Positions 44,023-54,093 of a stretch of 64,000 nucleotides of DNA are shown here, one piece after another (position 1 is the first letter of the stretch; every line of letters begins with the position of its first letter). Location: the IMG/VR virus record IMGVR_UViG_3300024344_003209, positions 35,224-99,223 of that record. One strand, written 5' to 3'. The position numbers were made by a program, and so were the translations under genes. The notes below the pieces were generated by a model that did not search any database, was not told the DNA's origin, and was given only the letters and a program-made list of their open reading frames with translations. Origin of the DNA: a virus.

Positions 44023-47000
44023 TTAAGCAACTGGCGCTGCTGAATTCAGCGCTGCGGGGTCTTGTATACTCTCTAGTCTATCTAATCTATCAGCTAAAGA
44101 TCTCATTTCGTCTGCTCCCGCACGTAAAGCGCTAGGTGTATTGCTGCTTACCATCGTTGCACTATCAGGAGCACCACCCATTTCAACAACAACATTAGTT
44201 GTATTTGTGCTTTGGTCATTACTTGTGTTATTATTAGTTACGTTAATAGGTTTGCTATCAAGTTCTTTTATTCTACCTTGAGCTTCCCCTCTTTTTTCGG
44301 AGTTTGTGTCGCGTACTCTTTGCCCAGCTTTTTGAATCTCTTCTTGGTCCGCGCCACCATAGGCATCATCATAAGCGTTGACTGCGGCTCCGCCTAAAAG
44401 CGCACCGCCTACCCACCCAGCGACCATGCCTATACCCCCTCCTATTGCTGTTCCAATTCCGGGAGCAATCATTGTACCTAAAGCCGCTCCAGCTTTTGCG
44501 CCTCCCCAAGCTCCAACACGAGAGCCTACTTTTTTACCCACATAAGCTCCTGCGACACTCCCTGCAACGTTTCCTGCTATCTTTCTGTCTTGTTTTTCGG
44601 CATCGCTCAGTCCTTTACCTGACTCATTTGCAAGAGCCTCAATTTCTTCAATATCCATATCTGTTAAAGAAGACATTGAATCTCTATAATCCTTCATCCT
44701 AGTCCTAAGAACGCCTCCTTGTGCGGACCTTCGCTGGGCATTTCGTTGTTGTTCTTTGTTTATCTTTAGCTGATCTTCAAGTGATTGAGTTTTTAATTCT
44801 ATACCGCTTTTGAGAGTGTCGTTTAAACTCTGTAGAGCTTTAGTATTCTGCTCTTGAGGGTTTCCTTTAAACAAAGCTGAAGCTTTTTCGGAAGCTGTTT
44901 TTCTTATATCTTTCTCCGACATTCCTAAACCTAGCGCTCTGTTCATTAGTCTAGTATCGTTTAATGCAACTCCAAAAGCTTCTTGTCTAGCTCTACCTCT
45001 CATATGATCGGGTAGTTCTCCCCCGGCTAGTTCCTGTATAGCTGCAAACCTATTAATTCTAGCTCTACCTACACCCACTCTGCTACCAGCGGATCTCGCT
45101 GTCATTTCAGCTTGGCCAGAGGCTCTTATTGTGGAGAACTGAGCGTTTAATTTACTTGGGTCAAGCAAAGCTTGCGTGCCGCCAAAAGACCTAAGTCTTT
45201 GAGCTTGTCTTGCTGCTTCTATTTGAGCTTTAGTCTGTTCGTTGATTTCTTTAGTTTGCAACTGCAGCTCTTCTTTCATTCTTTCGCTGGTTCCGCCTAA
45301 ATTTTCTACAGCTATTTTTGTGCCCTCAAGTAAGTCTGCTTGGGCTGTATCTTCAGCTATTTGCTCATCAGTTTTCCCTTCTTTTGATCGAAGTTCATCC
45401 ATTCTAGCCTGTATTCTATTTGCTTCTCTTTGGGACTCTGCTGCTGAAACGGACCCTATCCCGCCTCTTGCCGCTTGATTCATTAATTTACTAACTGACT
45501 TTTCTATATCTTCTCCTAGTATCCCGTCTGTCTGCCCTAAAGCGGTTTGGACTTCCTGAACTGTTCCGCCAAACTTAGTATTAGCGTCCGCTGTTATTTC
45601 TGAAATTTTATTTATATTGTCTAATTTTATTGAACCTACTTCTGTTAAGAATGCCTTTGCGGCCTTAGACGTTATCTCCATCACAGCTTTTCTCGTCTTC
45701 AGCTCTGACTCCATAGTCCTCTTCATTCTATTGACCCTCATAGTAGCTTCTCTATTGGCTTTAGCAAAAGCTTCTAATTCTGGCCTCATTTTTTCTCTTA
45801 TTTTTAGAGTCTGTTGAGTCTCAAGCGCTGATTTTGATAAACCTCTTATAAATTGCTCAGCAACAAAGCCTCCTTCTTGAAAAATATTTCTTAAGCTTGC
45901 GAATGCTTTTGCATCTTTTTCAGGATCTAAATTTAAAAGCTCTCCTGCTTTTTTAACTCGAGCGTCTACGTTATTTTCGTCGATTCGAGCTAAGTCCTTA
46001 AGATCTTTAGAAAGGCTTCCGTCATCTCTGAACGAATCTATACCTTGTCTAGTTATACTAGCTTGAACAAAGTCTGAACCTACTCTTTTTAAGTCTTGAC
46101 TAATAACTTTAAGGTCCTCTTCACTTCTGCCTAATATATCGTTGCCCGCAGTTTTATTTAATATGCTCTGCAGAGGAGAAGAGAAAAATTCTGCGAATCC
46201 TGCATCCCTGCCTCCTCTGACAGTATCTGCTGCAAACTTACGTTTTTGGGCTGCGTCCGCTAAGTCTCTTTCTTGCTGCTGAAACTGTTGTATCATACCT
46301 CCAATAATTTTGGGATTTATCACTCCAGCTAATTGTTTTTGATATTTTGCTGGGAGTTTAGCTAATTCCTTTTCAACCGCTTTAGTGGCGTTTAGCATCT
46401 CCGTTACTGTTGAGTTGGCGTTATTGAATACGTCTGTAACGTTTTGAGTTGCGTTACTGAATTTATCTAAAGCTCCTATGTTTTTCTCTGTAGCTTCTCT
46501 TACTTTTTCAAATTCTTTGGCTGCTAGCCTAGCCTCTTTAAAAGTTGCATCAAGATCAGACTCAGAAAATAAGTCGCCTAAAACTTTACCTAACGCTCCA
46601 GCAGCTAAAAGTCCTCCGCCGATCTTTGCTGGTCCTGCACCTCCAAGAAAACGTCCAGCGCCCGCTACTGCTCGTCCTGCGCCTCCACGAACGAAGCCAG
46701 CCGCTCTTCTACGCCGAGACCCAGCTGGTCCGAAAAATGGACCCCCATCTCGGTTATTAACGAAAGCTCTGTTTCGTCCTTGCATTCTTCTACCGAGTCG
46801 ATCCATCAAAATTGGAGCCCCTCCCATTCTTCTTCTTCTAGCTCTACCTAATTGCGAGTTAAATTCATCTGTGCCCCTTGATGCAGTTATGCCTCTAGAT
46901 TGATTAAATTCACCCATTGCATATCGCAAAGCAACACCCACCCCGACTAAAGTAGCTATACTATTGGTAAGAGATTTAGCCACTGTGTTGCTTTCGCTAA

Positions 47001-50000
47001 CAGCATTATTTAATCCAGATGCAGCCTGCTCAACTAAACCCATAATGAGAATAGTCTTCATTGCGCTATTGGTGTTTTCTTTTACTGCTCTAGTGTTTCT
47101 GTTCGTAGAAGAATCTTTCCCTCCGCTACCGCTTCCCGGCCCTGTTAATAATTTAGGTTTGTTTTCAGGTACGTCAACGATAGTGGCTCCTCCAAATTTT
47201 CCACCTCTTCCTCCTCCAGAGCCCGAAGCAAGCCCCGGATCGTGTCCGGCATATTTCTCTCCTGCTCTTTGAGCGCTCTTAAAGAATTTTTCGCTAAATG
47301 CTTTTTCCCCCTCTTTGAAGGCTCTAGTAAATGTATTAACTAGACTTGTTTCTAATGTGTCTAAGTCAAATGCTGGTCTAACAGCAGGTAAATTATCGCT
47401 AAAGTTAGGTACATACCCAGCAGCTCTACCTTGTCTTTTCGGGTCAACACCGGCGGCTATGCTATTATTAATCCCCTGACTTAAACCCATAGGTTCGTCT
47501 CTAGTATTGTAAATACCTAAACCAGCCGGGTTAGCTGAGTTTCTTAATCTATCACTTTGGCCTAATCTAATTCTTCCTGAAGGAACGCCTGCGTCTCTTT
47601 CTCTTCTAACGGCTTCGTGCAGCGCATTAAAATTTGGTATAAAGCCTGAAGATCTAGCTCCAGCGATAGCTTGTTTAATGTCAGTAATATAACCTTTAGA
47701 ATCTTGGCCAAATGCACTAGCGGGTGTAGAGTATATTTTTTTAACTATAGAGCCTGTGGCTGAATCGGTTAGTGTCCTTTTGGCGTCTGCTTTTTTCAAC
47801 TTATTGTTAAAGTCGAAATAGTCCATGAAGTCTTTGCCTCCTCCTGAAAAATCCCAAGTTTGTTGTTCGTCTGCGCCCAAAGCGTCTTCGAAAGCTGGTG
47901 ATGATCCTGAAGTTAATGCGTTTGCTACAGTTTCAAATATGTTGCCTTCTGCGCTAACAGAAAACAACGGTCTCCCATTACCTGATATATTAGCAGATAT
48001 AGCTTTGTTTTTTAATAATTTTTTACTAAAAGCATTAGCTAAATCTTGCATAGGTTGGGAGAATTGAGATCTAACTTCCTGACTGAACCAACCTTTTCTG
48101 TCGTTATCGTCTAAATTATTTCCAAGAGATCTAAATTGAACATTTTTAAATCCAACTCTGTCGTAAAAGCCTTCCAGCTGTTGTTTACTTAATTTTTTCC
48201 CTCCAAATGTTATTTCCTTTGAGCTCGTCTCTATATAGCCTCTGTCTGTACTTGTTCCATATAAACCTAAAGCTCCAATTTGATTCTTTGCGTCGTAAAC
48301 CCTAATGCCTGCTGCTTTTTCTTTTGTGTTTACGTTAGCTCCTTGGCCCGTAACCGCATCCCCTTTGAGTTTTTTGTTTCTTAAGTCAACTAACCCTTGG
48401 TCTTTAATTTTCTTACCTCTTATTCTTGCTGCGTTAAGGTCGTCTTCAGAAAGACCCAAATCAGGTCTTCCAGCATTAAGTACGTTTGCCGACATTTCTC
48501 CGCTTGCTACGCCTGACTCTATTCGCTTTAGTAAGTCTTCCTTTCCGAGTTTGGATTTCCTTATGAAAGGAGCTAGCGACACGCCAGCAAAGTTAGGTAC
48601 AAATCCTCCGCTTAAAGAAGACATATACTCTTTGTAAGCATCTGTATTTCTAGGCGGAACCACAAAGGTAGCTTTTCTACCCATAGAATTTCTTGTGTTT
48701 ATAACGTCTTCATATCCATTTATAGTAGCGTTAAATGAACCGCCTCTGCCGTCGTGTACTTTTTGCCTTTTTACTTTTGGGTTTCTGATTTGTGACCTAG
48801 AGTAACCGGAGGCCATCATACCCCCGACTTCGTCAGCAAAGTTAGGAGCGTACCCACCAGAAGCTCCAAATCTTGGTTTAGAACCTCCTGTGAAAGCTCC
48901 GAAATCAGGACTGAACCCAACTCCCGAACCAGATAATCCTTGAGCTAGTCTTTGGGACATTCTAAGTTGTTCTTCTAGAGCGTCAGTGTTTTTACTTATT
49001 TGGCTGAATATTTCTCTGTGTGCGTCTTCTACCGATATAGCCCCATCTTTAATCCTCCTCATTAAGTCAGGATTTTCTTCTAGGACATTGAAAATTTGTT
49101 TTTGTAAGTTGAGTTGAGTTTGGAAATTTTTATTAAGTCCTGTTAAAGTCTTGAAAGCATCTGCTGCAAACTTACCTAGTTGAGAAAACGTTTTAAATAG
49201 AGTGAAGCCTATGATTAGCAAACCGGGGCCTGCTATGAAATTACCTATACCTTCAAAAATACTTTTAGCTATTGCTCCGCCAATCTTACCTCCGTCAGTT
49301 TCTCCTAATTTTTCAAAACCCTCTACGATGCCAAAAAGCCTTTCTAAAGCTGGACCAAATGTTAGCTGACCTAACTCTGCCGCTCCTTCTTTGAATGTGT
49401 TTACTGTTCTATTGAACTGAGCAGCTAGAGTCTTATTTAACTCTTCATTCCTTTTTATAGCTTGATCGCTAGAGCCCAAAGATATTCCTAAAGCTCTATT
49501 GTATATACTGGTTTCTTTACTTAAGTCGCTCATTGCAGCTTTAAGTATGTTAACTTGGAACACACCACCAACGAGCTCTGATATTTGCGACCTTTGAGAC
49601 TGGCTTAAATTATCAAATTGTTTAGCTAAGTTATTTAGTACTTTAATGGCTGGCAATACATCACCCTGAACGTCTCTAACTGCTACGCCTAAGTTCTCAA
49701 GTTCTTTTATTACTCTTGGCCTTTGTATCCTAGTGAAAATAGTTTTAAAGCTGTTTCCTATTACCGCTCCACCCCTAGCTGTCTTTTGTTGGACTGTTGT
49801 TACTATAGCTAGAAGTTCGTCTAGGCTTACTCCTGCGCCTTTAGCTGAGGAACCTACACGACCTAAGGCTTTAGCTAGGTCATCTGAGCTAACAGCAAAA
49901 GCAGCGTCTACGTTAGCAAGTTTATTGATTATAGTCGTGCTATCTAGCCCAGCTTTATTAAAAGTGTTTATAGCCGCAGTTAACGAGTTTACAGCTTCAG

Positions 50001-50427
50001 CTGCGCCCATACCAGATAATCTAGCTAATATAAGAGCATCTCTGGTTCTTTTTAAAGTCTCTTCAGTGCCTAGACCTTGTCTTGCTAGCTCTGCAGCAGC
50101 TTGAGCAGCTACTTGAAAACTTTGTCCAGTCTGAGAAGCTATATCGAAAAGATCAGAGCCAAATTTCTTAAGGTTAACAGATGTGGCTTGAAGTATTACA
50201 TTGATATCTTTTAGGCTTTTTTCTACTTCAATTGCAGCTTTTACTGTAGCAGTAAGCGCTTTTCTGACGGCAAGAATTGCTCCCGCTGAAGCGCCGAAAG
50301 CCAAAACACGAGCGTTAGAAGCGTCAAGAGACTTCTCAAACTCCCCGAGTTGACCATTTATTCTACCAAGAGGCCTAAAACCCTTAGCGTTTAACACAAG
50401 ATCAATATTAATTTTGCTGCTTGCCAT
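44023..50427 (-). CDS. Tail tape measure protein (TP901-type core) with inserted domains
   Basis: N-terminal ELARQG..AL.LA, VD..FAVS..DLA and A..GG..IGNSFKTIF.R core; long Ala-rich helices; C-terminal glycine zipper. Confidence 0.9.
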   Translation of the reverse strand: MASSKINIDLVLNAKGFRPLGRINGQLGEFEKSLDASNARVLAFGASAGAILAVRKALTATVKAAIEVEKSLKDINVILQATSVNLKKFGSDLFDIASQTGQSFQVAAQAAAELARQGLGTEETLKRTRDALILARLSGMGAAEAVNSLTAAINTFNKAGLDSTTIINKLANVDAAFAVSSDDLAKALGRVGSSAKGAGVSLDELLAIVTTVQQKTARGGAVIGNSFKTIFTRIQRPRVIKELENLGVAVRDVQGDVLPAIKVLNNLAKQFDNLSQSQRSQISELVGGVFQVNILKAAMSDLSKETSIYNRALGISLGSSDQAIKRNEELNKTLAAQFNRTVNTFKEGAAELGQLTFGPALERLFGIVEGFEKLGETDGGKIGGAIAKSIFEGIGNFIAGPGLLIIGFTLFKTFSQLGKFAADAFKTLTGLNKNFQTQLNLQKQIFNVLEENPDLMRRIKDGAISVEDAHREIFSQISKNTDALEEQLRMSQRLAQGLSGSGVGFSPDFGAFTGGSKPRFGASGGYAPNFADEVGGMMASGYSRSQIRNPKVKRQKVHDGRGGSFNATINGYEDVINTRNSMGRKATFVVPPRNTDAYKEYMSSLSGGFVPNFAGVSLAPFIRKSKLGKEDLLKRIESGVASGEMSANVLNAGRPDLGLSEDDLNAARIRGKKIKDQGLVDLRNKKLKGDAVTGQGANVNTKEKAAGIRVYDAKNQIGALGLYGTSTDRGYIETSSKEITFGGKKLSKQQLEGFYDRVGFKNVQFRSLGNNLDDNDRKGWFSQEVRSQFSQPMQDLANAFSKKLLKNKAISANISGNGRPLFSVSAEGNIFETVANALTSGSSPAFEDALGADEQQTWDFSGGGKDFMDYFDFNNKLKKADAKRTLTDSATGSIVKKIYSTPASAFGQDSKGYITDIKQAIAGARSSGFIPNFNALHEAVRRERDAGVPSGRIRLGQSDRLRNSANPAGLGIYNTRDEPMGLSQGINNSIAAGVDPKRQGRAAGYVPNFSDNLPAVRPAFDLDTLETSLVNTFTRAFKEGEKAFSEKFFKSAQRAGEKYAGHDPGLASGSGGGRGGKFGGATIVDVPENKPKLLTGPGSGSGGKDSSTNRNTRAVKENTNSAMKTILIMGLVEQAASGLNNAVSESNTVAKSLTNSIATLVGVGVALRYAMGEFNQSRGITASRGTDEFNSQLGRARRRRMGGAPILMDRLGRRMQGRNRAFVNNRDGGPFFGPAGSRRRRAAGFVRGGAGRAVAGAGRFLGGAGPAKIGGGLLAAGALGKVLGDLFSESDLDATFKEARLAAKEFEKVREATEKNIGALDKFSNATQNVTDVFNNANSTVTEMLNATKAVEKELAKLPAKYQKQLAGVINPKIIGGMIQQFQQQERDLADAAQKRKFAADTVRGGRDAGFAEFFSSPLQSILNKTAGNDILGRSEEDLKVISQDLKRVGSDFVQASITRQGIDSFRDDGSLSKDLKDLARIDENNVDARVKKAGELLNLDPEKDAKAFASLRNIFQEGGFVAEQFIRGLSKSALETQQTLKIREKMRPELEAFAKANREATMRVNRMKRTMESELKTRKAVMEITSKAAKAFLTEVGSIKLDNINKISEITADANTKFGGTVQEVQTALGQTDGILGEDIEKSVSKLMNQAARGGIGSVSAAESQREANRIQARMDELRSKEGKTDEQIAEDTAQADLLEGTKIAVENLGGTSERMKEELQLQTKEINEQTKAQIEAARQAQRLRSFGGTQALLDPSKLNAQFSTIRASGQAEMTARSAGSRVGVGRARINRFAAIQELAGGELPDHMRGRARQEAFGVALNDTRLMNRALGLGMSEKDIRKTASEKASALFKGNPQEQNTKALQSLNDTLKSGIELKTQSLEDQLKINKEQQRNAQRRSAQGGVLRTRMKDYRDSMSSLTDMDIEEIEALANESGKGLSDAEKQDRKIAGNVAGSVAGAYVGKKVGSRVGAWGGAKAGAALGTMIAPGIGTAIGGGIGMVAGWVGGALLGGAAVNAYDDAYGGADQEEIQKAGQRVRDTNSEKRGEAQGRIKELDSKPINVTNNNTSNDQSTNTTNVVVEMGGAPDSATMVSSNTPSALRAGADEMRSLADRLDRLESIQDPAALNSAAPVA

Positions 50428-50452
50428 AGTACCTTACACCGTAATTTTTATT

Positions 50453-50460
50453 AATTACAC
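50453..50460 (-). promoter_or_regulatory. Putative late promoter motif GTGTAATT
   Basis: Intergenic before the tape measure gene; a second GTGTAA lies at 50434-50439. Confidence 0.6.
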
Positions 50461-50472
50461 TAAAATAACTTA

Positions 50473-51483
50473 CTATAACCCATGCAGATCCATTAAATCT
50501 TCAAAACTTATTTCTCCCTTTTCTTTGGCTAATTTGTTTAAGTCAATAACCTCCTCTCCGTCTTGAGCTACTGCGCCTAGCTCTTGTTTTGTTGCTCCTA
50601 CTACTGTTGAAGCACCAGCTTCGCCTTTTTGGTTGAGTCCGTCTTTTACTTGCCTACTTTTATCATTTAATTCATACCACTCAAAAAGAGATTTAGGTGC
50701 TTTGTAGTATTCTTCGGGGGGAGATTTTGAGTTACCCATTAGGGATTTAGTATATTTTGCTGTGTTAAGTAAAGATATTTGAAAATTAGTGAGCTCAATT
50801 ATAGGCTTGCCAAAATATGCATAAGCATCATCCCCACAAAGAGAGAAATTATTCATAAAAAAAGGGCAAACAGAGATTAACTTTACTTGATCATCATTGA
50901 ATATAGCGTAAGTATCAGCAAAACAATTCATTATTTCTGCTAAATCAGTATTACTTAATACATCAAACTCTTCTTCTGTATATAATAACTCTTTTAATTC
51001 CTTATCTTTGTAAAAAGCTTTATATACCATAAATTCATTTATTTTTTTAGAAGCGAACCCTTCTGCTGTCAGACCTATACTATCATTTCTTTCCTGACTT
51101 AATAAATAAACTTCTTGTTTTATAGGTTTTATTCTTTTTTCGATTGGTTTTTGTTGGACTTTTACTATTAATTTTTTTTTAGTAGCTTCTAAAGTTGATA
51201 ATTCTTCTTTTAAGCTTTCAAGATTTTGTTCTTGCTCCCAGCTCCATAACCCTTCTTCTATCATGAAGTCTAAAGCGTCTTTTTCGTTTTTAAGCCCGCT
51301 TTCTTGAGCTTCATGTAGGTAGTCCTCGTACTCTCTATCAGTAGTGTTAGAATCCATTTCGTCAAGGTGTTTGACGAAAACTTTATTCTCAACAGACTCA
51401 AGTCTGACTTCAGAATAACCAAAGATTATGTCCCTATATAGTTTTTTGCACTCAGAATAAGAATTTTTAAGTTTATCCCTCAT
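50473..51483 (-). CDS. Putative tail assembly chaperone 2
   Basis: Acidic helical protein directly upstream of the tape measure. Confidence 0.5.
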   Translation of the reverse strand: MRDKLKNSYSECKKLYRDIIFGYSEVRLESVENKVFVKHLDEMDSNTTDREYEDYLHEAQESGLKNEKDALDFMIEEGLWSWEQEQNLESLKEELSTLEATKKKLIVKVQQKPIEKRIKPIKQEVYLLSQERNDSIGLTAEGFASKKINEFMVYKAFYKDKELKELLYTEEEFDVLSNTDLAEIMNCFADTYAIFNDDQVKLISVCPFFMNNFSLCGDDAYAYFGKPIIELTNFQISLLNTAKYTKSLMGNSKSPPEEYYKAPKSLFEWYELNDKSRQVKDGLNQKGEAGASTVVGATKQELGAVAQDGEEVIDLNKLAKEKGEISFEDLMDLHGL

Positions 51484-52468
51484 CTACCTTAGGCTCTTCT
51501 TTTGGTTCGTCCTCAGGCTCTTGGGGTTGTGGCTCTTCTGTTTCTTTTTGTTCTTCGTTGACTTCTTGCTGAAACTCTACCTCTAAGCCAGCTAGTTGCT
51601 TTATTTTTTCGTCATAGACTTCCTGAAGAGTTTCGTCTTTCCTTACTTCTTCTTTAATAAACTCTAAAGAATCATCAACCCTTTTAAAGTCTTCGTAAGT
51701 CTTTGCGTTTCCGCCGTTCCAAGCAGCTAAAATATAACTAGCTCTTTCTATTAGATCAGACCCGAACTCGTTGTCCGTTTCGGCAATAGTCTCTTCTAAT
51801 TTTTCGTAAAACTCTGATTTCTTATCAAAGGTCTTTCCTTCAAAAAAAGGAGTGAAATCGTCTATGCCGCCTTTTTGGTCATTCTTAAACTTTATATAAG
51901 TTAAAAAGAATAGCCACCACATGTTCGTTCTTCTTGCTGCTCTGGCTTCAGCTGTGTGTTCGTATAGACTCTCAGCAGCGACCTCGTATTTTTCCATGTC
52001 GGCTTTAATCTCTTCTATTTCTTCTACTAATTTTTTAAGCTTGTCTTGCCTCTCTTCCAAGGATAGGGTTTCGTCTTCTTGTAAATTCAATTGAACAATT
52101 TGAAACTCCCTTTCTTTTAGCATCAAGTCATTATATTTTCTGCCAAAATCTTCTTGTTCTTCCTTGCTTAGCCCGCCGCCGTCATTTTTATATCTCTTAG
52201 CTATCATAGCTCGAGTCATCATTCCGAGCTTAACTCCTTTCGATATTTCAACAGAATAAAAAAGATTACAGTCGTCGTACATTTTTCTTGTTGGCCTTTT
52301 AAGGTACACCTCGACTGTTTCTGTTATGTCTTTCTTCTTTTTTACGACTACTTCTTCTCCGTTTTCTTCTCTTGTCTCTTCTACTTCAGTTTGAGACTTT
52401 CTTTTTAACGGAAAAGCGTATAGCCATTTCTTTGTGTTGATCGGTGGTTTTTCTTTTTCTTCGGACAT
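51473..52468 (-). CDS. Putative tail assembly chaperone 1
   Basis: Acidic coiled-coil protein between tube and tape measure; shares a coiled coil followed by a TAE motif with the neighbour. Confidence 0.5.
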   Translation of the reverse strand: MSEEKEKPPINTKKWLYAFPLKRKSQTEVEETREENGEEVVVKKKKDITETVEVYLKRPTRKMYDDCNLFYSVEISKGVKLGMMTRAMIAKRYKNDGGGLSKEEQEDFGRKYNDLMLKEREFQIVQLNLQEDETLSLEERQDKLKKLVEEIEEIKADMEKYEVAAESLYEHTAEARAARRTNMWWLFFLTYIKFKNDQKGGIDDFTPFFEGKTFDKKSEFYEKLEETIAETDNEFGSDLIERASYILAAWNGGNAKTYEDFKRVDDSLEFIKEEVRKDETLQEVYDEKIKQLAGLEVEFQQEVNEEQKETEEPQPQEPEDEPKEEPKVDEG

Positions 52469-52469
52469 A

Positions 52470-52769
52470 TTATTTTTCTTTTAAAATTACAGTGACAAAT
52501 TCTAAAGTTTTGTCTATTTCCCTAGCTGCGTCATTTCCCGCATCTAAAATCTTTTTTCTTGTTTGGGTGAATCGGTCTTCCGTGAAGTAGTCCAGATCAT
52601 CTATTGCGTTAGCATCGTCAAGAGAACTTTTTTTGATCCTGTCTTTATAGAGCTTATGTTCTCTTAGTAAATCTTCGGTGATTTCGAAATATTTTTTATA
52701 TAGGTTAACTATATTCCTGTGGACTTGGAAAGATATGATATCTTTAAGCTCTGTTTTTTCCTCGCTCAT
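52470..52769 (-). CDS. Hypothetical protein
   Basis: 99 aa, helical, preceded by AAGGT-AAAAGGT. Confidence 0.7.
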   Translation of the reverse strand: MSEEKTELKDIISFQVHRNIVNLYKKYFEITEDLLREHKLYKDRIKKSSLDDANAIDDLDYFTEDRFTQTRKKILDAGNDAAREIDKTLEFVTVILKEK

Positions 52770-52814
52770 AAACCTTTTACCTTAACAAGTTATAAAAATT
52801 TTTTTAAAAAAAAC

Positions 52815-52844
52815 AAAAAAAATCCCCACTCAAAGAGCGGGGAT
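52815..52844 (-). terminator. Intrinsic terminator after the tail tube gene
   Basis: ATCCCCGCTC-TTT-GAGTGGGGAT followed by T7 on the minus strand. Confidence 0.85.
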
Positions 52845-52874
52845 CTAAAAAGAAAAGGATGATTAATTAGCGTA

Positions 52875-54017
52875 TCAAGCTCCTCCTGAAGCAGAGCCCA
52901 AGAAGAATCCTGCGGAAGTCTCAGAGCTACTATACAATTTTCCGCCACCATCTAGCTGGACTGCATAATCGAGGGTGATGGATTTGTTCGCTCCGATGCT
53001 AGAACTAATAGAGTGTCCCTCTATCTTAGCGTTTTTAAATCTTAGTCTCATTCCATCAACACCGGCTGCTACTCCTGCTGAGTTTTTGCCTTGATCAAGT
53101 TTTATGTCAATGTCATATCCGGGGTCAGGTGCCGCTCCGCCAGCTCCAATGTCAGTTGAACCAACGATATCAGATAAATCACTTGCTGCCTGAGCAGACA
53201 CGATAGCCTCAACAGACATAGTTGCTTGAATAGGGAAAGTAATGACTCGAGCGTACTCGTATCTATCGCCCAATCTCTGGATAGATTCACGAGGAACATC
53301 CATGGACACTGTAAAGCTTTGAACGTGTATATTGTTAAAGCCCATAACTGGTAAGTCGCCTCCGCCCGAAACACCGCCTGCACTTACTTGGCCACTGGCT
53401 AATCCTGTTTTATTAGGGTTGGTTACGTTTGAGTGAAACGTAACGTTGCCGGGTCTAAGAACAGTGGGGTCAGATGAACTAGTTGCAGGAACTGCGACGT
53501 TACTCTGGGAACCGACTTTCATTTGGGTTGATTCTATATTAACTGTTGAGTTAGGTACGTCTCCCACAGCACCTGTCCAAGAATACGAAGATATGTGGCC
53601 TTTTGGTATAATAATTTGAGTAGAGCCACCTGTATTATTATTGTTATTATAATCTATACCTTCGTCAGAAAGGCCTATAGCAAAAGTTTGTTCGTACTTG
53701 CTGCTTCCAGAGTCATTGACTTCTTTTAGTACCCCAAAGCCCTGAGCGCCAGTTCCTAGCATAGCAATTTCGTTAGTTCTGCCTGCCAAATGATAAGTAA
53801 AGTCCATGTTGACAGTTGGAACCTCTGTAATAATTCTTTCTATCTGTCCTAACTGGCCATATTGGTTAACGTCAGTTCTGGGTACAGTAAAACCGTAGTT
53901 TATGCTTTGAACCCTCTGAACATTAGTGCTTCCAGCATACAGAGCCTCGCTCTGGTAAATGATTCTTCTGCGTGATCCAGTCGCGCTTTCTTTTGTTCCT
54001 GCGTATTGTATTGCCAT
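52875..54017 (-). CDS. Major tail (tube) protein
   Basis: Two similar halves (RVQSINY..PRTDVNQYG and HVQSFTV..PRESIQRLG); good SD (TAAGGAG), own late motif and terminator; canonical position. Confidence 0.7.
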   Translation of the reverse strand: MAIQYAGTKESATGSRRRIIYQSEALYAGSTNVQRVQSINYGFTVPRTDVNQYGQLGQIERIITEVPTVNMDFTYHLAGRTNEIAMLGTGAQGFGVLKEVNDSGSSKYEQTFAIGLSDEGIDYNNNNNTGGSTQIIIPKGHISSYSWTGAVGDVPNSTVNIESTQMKVGSQSNVAVPATSSSDPTVLRPGNVTFHSNVTNPNKTGLASGQVSAGGVSGGGDLPVMGFNNIHVQSFTVSMDVPRESIQRLGDRYEYARVITFPIQATMSVEAIVSAQAASDLSDIVGSTDIGAGGAAPDPGYDIDIKLDQGKNSAGVAAGVDGMRLRFKNAKIEGHSISSSIGANKSITLDYAVQLDGGGKLYSSSETSAGFFLGSASGGA

Positions 54018-54047
54018 AATATAAAAATCTCCTTACTCTTTAGTTTT

Positions 54048-54055
54048 AATTACAT
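54048..54055 (-). promoter_or_regulatory. Putative late promoter variant ATGTAATT
   Basis: One mismatch to the motif; intergenic before the tube gene. Confidence 0.45.
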
Positions 54056-54093
54056 CTCTAAAGGTATCTAGAGAAATATTTTCTGATCCACAT

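Noticed and set aside
51465-51500. Programmed frameshift between the two tail chaperones
   Set aside because: No XXXYYYZ slippery site at the 11-nt overlap, and the downstream gene has its own AAGGT plus ATG.
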